Part shown: positions 60,771 to 64,000 of the stretch, piece after piece | How positions within the stretch are numbered: position 1 is the stretch's first letter | Layout of the letters: each line of letters begins with the position of its first letter | Origin: an uncultured Gammaproteobacteria bacterium | GTDB taxonomy: Bacteria; Patescibacteriota; Microgenomatia; Daviesbacterales; UBA10151 | DNA: 64,000 nt | Reading direction: 5' to 3' | Assembly (NCBI GenBank): GCA_964415615.1 | Contig: CAYQAW010000002.1 | Coordinates: 1,897 to 65,896 of the forward strand | Program-made: the position numbers and the translations under genes | The notes under the pieces: generated by a model | Databases searched by the model: none | Seen by the model: only the letters and a program-made list of their open reading frames with translations | Told to the model about the DNA's origin: nothing

Positions 60771-61247
60771 ATGAAAAAAACTGCTGGATTTACCTTAGTT
60801 GAGCTTTTAGTTGTTGTGGCTATTATTGGCCTTTTGTCTGCTATAGGTATGGTTGTTTTTGCAGATGCTCAAGCAAAAGGCAGGGATGCTAAAAGAAGAG
60901 CTGATATTGATTCCATAGCTAAAGCTCTGGAGATACACAAAACAGATAATGGTGGGTATCAAGCTTTGGATGCAGCCTGGTTAGGATCTTCTACAGGCCT
61001 TCCTACCACTGATCCAAAAACTAATCCCTACTGTATTTCTACTAATGCTACTGCAAATCCCAGTAATACTGCTGCTTGGACTGTTTGTTCAAGTATTAGT
61101 GGTGGAGGGAGTAGTGCTTCTTGGGTTGCTGTAGCTGGTGGTCAACCCACTGTTTCTTCGGGTACTGTTAACTCTTGGAGAGTTTGTGCATTTTTGGAAA
61201 ATCCCGGTGGTACTGCTCAACCTTATTGTAGATCTAATCTTCAATAA
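60771..61247 (+). CDS. Type IV pilin / pseudopilin
   Basis: G|FTLVELL, RDAKRRADI. Confidence 0.9.
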   Translation: MKKTAGFTLVELLVVVAIIGLLSAIGMVVFADAQAKGRDAKRRADIDSIAKALEIHKTDNGGYQALDAAWLGSSTGLPTTDPKTNPYCISTNATANPSNTAAWTVCSSISGGGSSASWVAVAGGQPTVSSGTVNSWRVCAFLENPGGTAQPYCRSNLQ

Positions 61248-61345
61248 ACTGAAACCTAGGTATTGACAAGGCCTTTTAATTATGAAAATAATAGAACGTA
61301 GACTATTTTTTACAAAAAGAGATTAACAAGATAAAAGATTAAAAC

Positions 61346-61900
61346 ATGAAACGTTTACTGCCCACGTTACTAAAGCTACGGGTAACTTCCTACAAATTAC
61401 TTCATGCACGCAAAAAAGGCTTCACATTGATTGAGCTGATGGTAGTGATATCCATAATAGCAATTCTGTCACTAGTATCCTTCAGTCTTTTTACTGGAGC
61501 CCAAGGTTCTGCAAGGGATTCCAGAAGAGCTATTGAAGTTGATGCGCTTGCGAAAAATATTGAATCGACAAAAGATCCTACTGCTAAAACGTACTCTTAT
61601 ACATCTGATCTTTTTAATGCTGATTATAAGACTCTTCCGACGGATCCTAGTTTAAGTACTGGTTATTGTTTTAAGACTGCGAGTAAGGCCATTTCTAATC
61701 CAACAAATTGGGTTCCTACTTCTACTAAGGCATGTCCCCAGGATGTTTGCGCAGGTAATCCTTCTGTATGTAATGATAGTACATGGGTGGAATTAAAAAA
61801 TGCTTTTACAGCTCCATCCGCTGATAAATACTTTATGGTATGTGCAGCATCTGAAAGAGGCTCAACCGCGATTTGCCAGGGTCCATTCCTCACCAAATAA
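61346..61900 (+). CDS. Type IV pilin / pseudopilin
   Basis: G|FTLIELM, ARDSRR. Confidence 0.9.
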   Translation: MKRLLPTLLKLRVTSYKLLHARKKGFTLIELMVVISIIAILSLVSFSLFTGAQGSARDSRRAIEVDALAKNIESTKDPTAKTYSYTSDLFNADYKTLPTDPSLSTGYCFKTASKAISNPTNWVPTSTKACPQDVCAGNPSVCNDSTWVELKNAFTAPSADKYFMVCAASERGSTAICQGPFLTK

Positions 61901-61906
61901 GTTTAT

Positions 61907-62065
61907 AATCACTAGCAGAAAACCCCGCCATCTTTTATGGCGGGGATGAATGCAGTGATTACAGTCTTCTGCGGAAAGATAGGTGGAAAATTGAGAAAGG
62001 GTTTTCTGTAGTTTCTTGTAAACTTTTCAAAGAAAACCGCGGACTTTTAGTCCGCGGAAGTTTAT
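61907..62065 (+). mobile_element. ~159-bp non-autonomous IS200/IS605-type element
   Basis: Follows TTTAT; hairpins CCCCGCCAT..ATGGCGGGG and CCGCGGACT..AGTCCGCGG; ends AAGTTTAT. Confidence 0.65.
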
Positions 62066-62114
62066 AAATGGTTAGAGCCGATAGGAAATGGGAAGATATT
62101 TGACAAAGAAAATA

Positions 62115-62747
62115 TCAAATTTTTAATTTGCTTTTGGCAAGAGCAATTGTTTGAGTTTGAAAAAATTTCTTTACCTCTTTCCAGGAAATAGGAATTAACA
62201 TTTTAGGCATGTCATCTATTTCCGCTTCAGCAAAATAGTCCATACTCCTAAGAATTATATAAAAGTGACTTTCTAAAACCCCGTACTTCTGGTCATAGAA
62301 TTTAAGCATCTGTTCTAAAGAAAATTCCTTTGCTAAAAAAAACAGATCAACAAAATCTCTCCTGGTTCCCCTATCTTCTAAGGCATGAATTTTCATAGCA
62401 GCAATATCTTCTTTATCTAATACTTGAACCCCTTCAAAATTAACGGTTTTTTTAATCAGGGGATATTGATAATAAAATAAACTGAATTTTGTTTTTCCGA
62501 TATTACCCCAGACTGTCCTCCAGGCTATGCCATCCTCCTTAAATTCAGGGATCTTTTTTAGGTTTTGAGAAAGCACTTGTTCATCAAACTTTTCCTTGGT
62601 AAAGAAATCCAAATCTACGGAAATTCTATGACCCAGATGCAATGCCAGCGCAGTCCCACCTGCCAGATAGCTTTTTTTAACAATACTTATTTTAGAAACT
62701 AACTTGACAGCCCGAAGGGTATCCGGGAGTAAGGTTTTTGTAAACAT
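62115..62747 (-). CDS. AbiEii/AbiGii-family nucleotidyltransferase toxin
   Basis: YLAGGTALAL, HRISVDLDFF, MKIHA, RDFVDL. Confidence 0.85.
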   Translation of the reverse strand: MFTKTLLPDTLRAVKLVSKISIVKKSYLAGGTALALHLGHRISVDLDFFTKEKFDEQVLSQNLKKIPEFKEDGIAWRTVWGNIGKTKFSLFYYQYPLIKKTVNFEGVQVLDKEDIAAMKIHALEDRGTRRDFVDLFFLAKEFSLEQMLKFYDQKYGVLESHFYIILRSMDYFAEAEIDDMPKMLIPISWKEVKKFFQTQTIALAKSKLKI

Positions 62748-63004
62748 GGTACCTTTTTGTGGTCTATTTTTAAAATGTCGGCCCAGAAATTGGCTGTTTT
62801 GCGCGAAATGTCACGAGTCATAAGCAATAGCTGTTTGATTTCTTCTTTAGTAAAATTTCGTTCTAACCATTTTAATGCTTTAGTATCGCCCCGGTCTAAA
62901 ACACGTTTTAAGATAAAAGTTCTGGATTTTTCTAATGTCATAGAATCAAAATCCACATCCCAAAAATATTTTTTTAAAAAATTTGGCAGCTTTTGTATTT
63001 TCAC
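62699..63004 (-). CDS. DUF6922-like partner (putative antitoxin)
   Basis: YFWDVD, ILKRVLDRGD, NFW. Confidence 0.75.
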   Translation of the reverse strand: MKIQKLPNFLKKYFWDVDFDSMTLEKSRTFILKRVLDRGDTKALKWLERNFTKEEIKQLLLMTRDISRKTANFWADILKIDHKKVPCLQKPYSRIPFGLSS

Positions 63005-63072
63005 ATTATTATTTTATCATAAATGAAGCTCTACTTGAAGGTACTAGTAGTTTAATGTAATAATTTAAATTA

Positions 63073-63876
63073 ATGCCCATTCCACATTTAACAATTGACA
63101 ATGAACATTTAACAGTTAACAAAAAATTGTTAAATGATAAATGTAAAATGTTCAATGCCTTTGGTTTTACCTTAATTGAGTTAATGGTAACGGTAGCTAT
63201 AATAGCTATTCTATCTGGAATTGGATATAGCACTTATTCTTCAATACAGGCAAATGCCAGGGATGCTAAAAGAAAAGCAGATGTAGATGCTATAGCCAAA
63301 GTTTTAGAGGATAAATATAACTCTAGCACGGGGTTGTATCCTTCGTATAGTGAGGTATCTGATAGAGATTTTACTTCAGGCGCAAAGCCTAAGCAATTTG
63401 ATGGTACAGATTATACTCCCCAGTTTGGATCTGGTAGTCAGGCTTACAAATCTTTTGTAATTTGTACTACTCAATTGGAGAAGTCTACCCAACCCTATTG
63501 CAAATATTCAGCTAATGGTAGTTCTAGTTCTATTGGTAGCTTGCCGACCACCACAAAATGTTCTAAATTTAATAATTTAATAGGCGGTCAATCTCAGTCA
63601 TGCAGTTATTTAACATATGGATCATTCTCAACTAACATAACCCCTGATAGTACAATTAGAATTGACTGTAACGATATTAGAGATAACGATATTGGAGATG
63701 CTGCGAATATAATTTGTTCTTCTAATAAGAGGTGTGCGTATGCGCCTTACCCTTCTCAGCAATTACCCTGGTATAAAGAGGATGGTAGCGAAGGCGGGAC
63801 AGTGGTATTGGCTATCGCGAATTGTTCCATTTATAATAACAATTTTTTTTCATCTGTGAATGTAATTTTGAAATGA
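63073..63876 (+). CDS. Type IV pilin-like protein with extended Cys-rich C-terminus
   Basis: G|FTLIELM, ARDAKRKAD. Confidence 0.85.
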   Translation: MPIPHLTIDNEHLTVNKKLLNDKCKMFNAFGFTLIELMVTVAIIAILSGIGYSTYSSIQANARDAKRKADVDAIAKVLEDKYNSSTGLYPSYSEVSDRDFTSGAKPKQFDGTDYTPQFGSGSQAYKSFVICTTQLEKSTQPYCKYSANGSSSSIGSLPTTTKCSKFNNLIGGQSQSCSYLTYGSFSTNITPDSTIRIDCNDIRDNDIGDAANIICSSNKRCAYAPYPSQQLPWYKEDGSEGGTVVLAIANCSIYNNNFFSSVNVILK

Positions 63877-63895
63877 AAAATTAAATATAAAATTA

Positions 63896-64000
63896 ATGGT
63901 TAAAAAAAAGATAGTTTCTAAAATAGGTTTTACTTTGATTGAGCTTTTGGTGGTAGTGACTATTTTGGCAGTATTATCTCTTGCGGGGATGGCTGCATTT
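63896..64000 (+). CDS. Type IV pilin-like protein, partial
   Basis: MVKKKIVSKIG|FTLIELLVVVTIL... runs off the window. Confidence 0.85.
   Translation, partial: MVKKKIVSKIGFTLIELLVVVTILAVLSLAGMAAF

Overview
Low-GC, gene-dense bacterial chromosome segment. Gene content (type IV pilus cluster, cohesin/dockerin surface proteins, many apparently leaderless genes) suggests a CPR/Patescibacteria genome, probably Microgenomates; this is inferred, not proven. Backbone genes: RluA-family pseudouridine synthase, Kef-type antiporter, tgt, yebC-ruvC, P-type ATPase, gyrA/gyrB, def-ddl-alr, murC/murD/murI, holB, pilB-pilT-pilC-pilD and five pilins. Accessory content: (1) a compact locus encoding an HTH-NB-ARC protein fused to an ~8-TM domain, an SMR exporter, an NNMT/PNMT-family methyltransferase, a stand-alone paralog of the same ~8-TM domain, a small helical protein, a cytoplasmic histidine kinase and a receiver, near a pyruvoyl arginine decarboxylase. 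This is the best candidate for an undescribed make-export-sense amine signalling system. (2) A decaying biosynthetic-like gene set (frameshifted argG-like and methyltransferase genes) around that locus. (3) A cohesin/dockerin/thrombospondin surface cluster between two tyrosine recombinases. (4) Three copies of the pilD 3' end bracketing a RAYT cassette and an MNT-HEPN cassette. (5) Several families of tiny elements (heptamer tracts, REP-like palindromes, IS200/IS605-type miniature elements), many sitting in-frame inside housekeeping genes. No rRNA, tRNA, CRISPR array or reverse transcriptase was seen.
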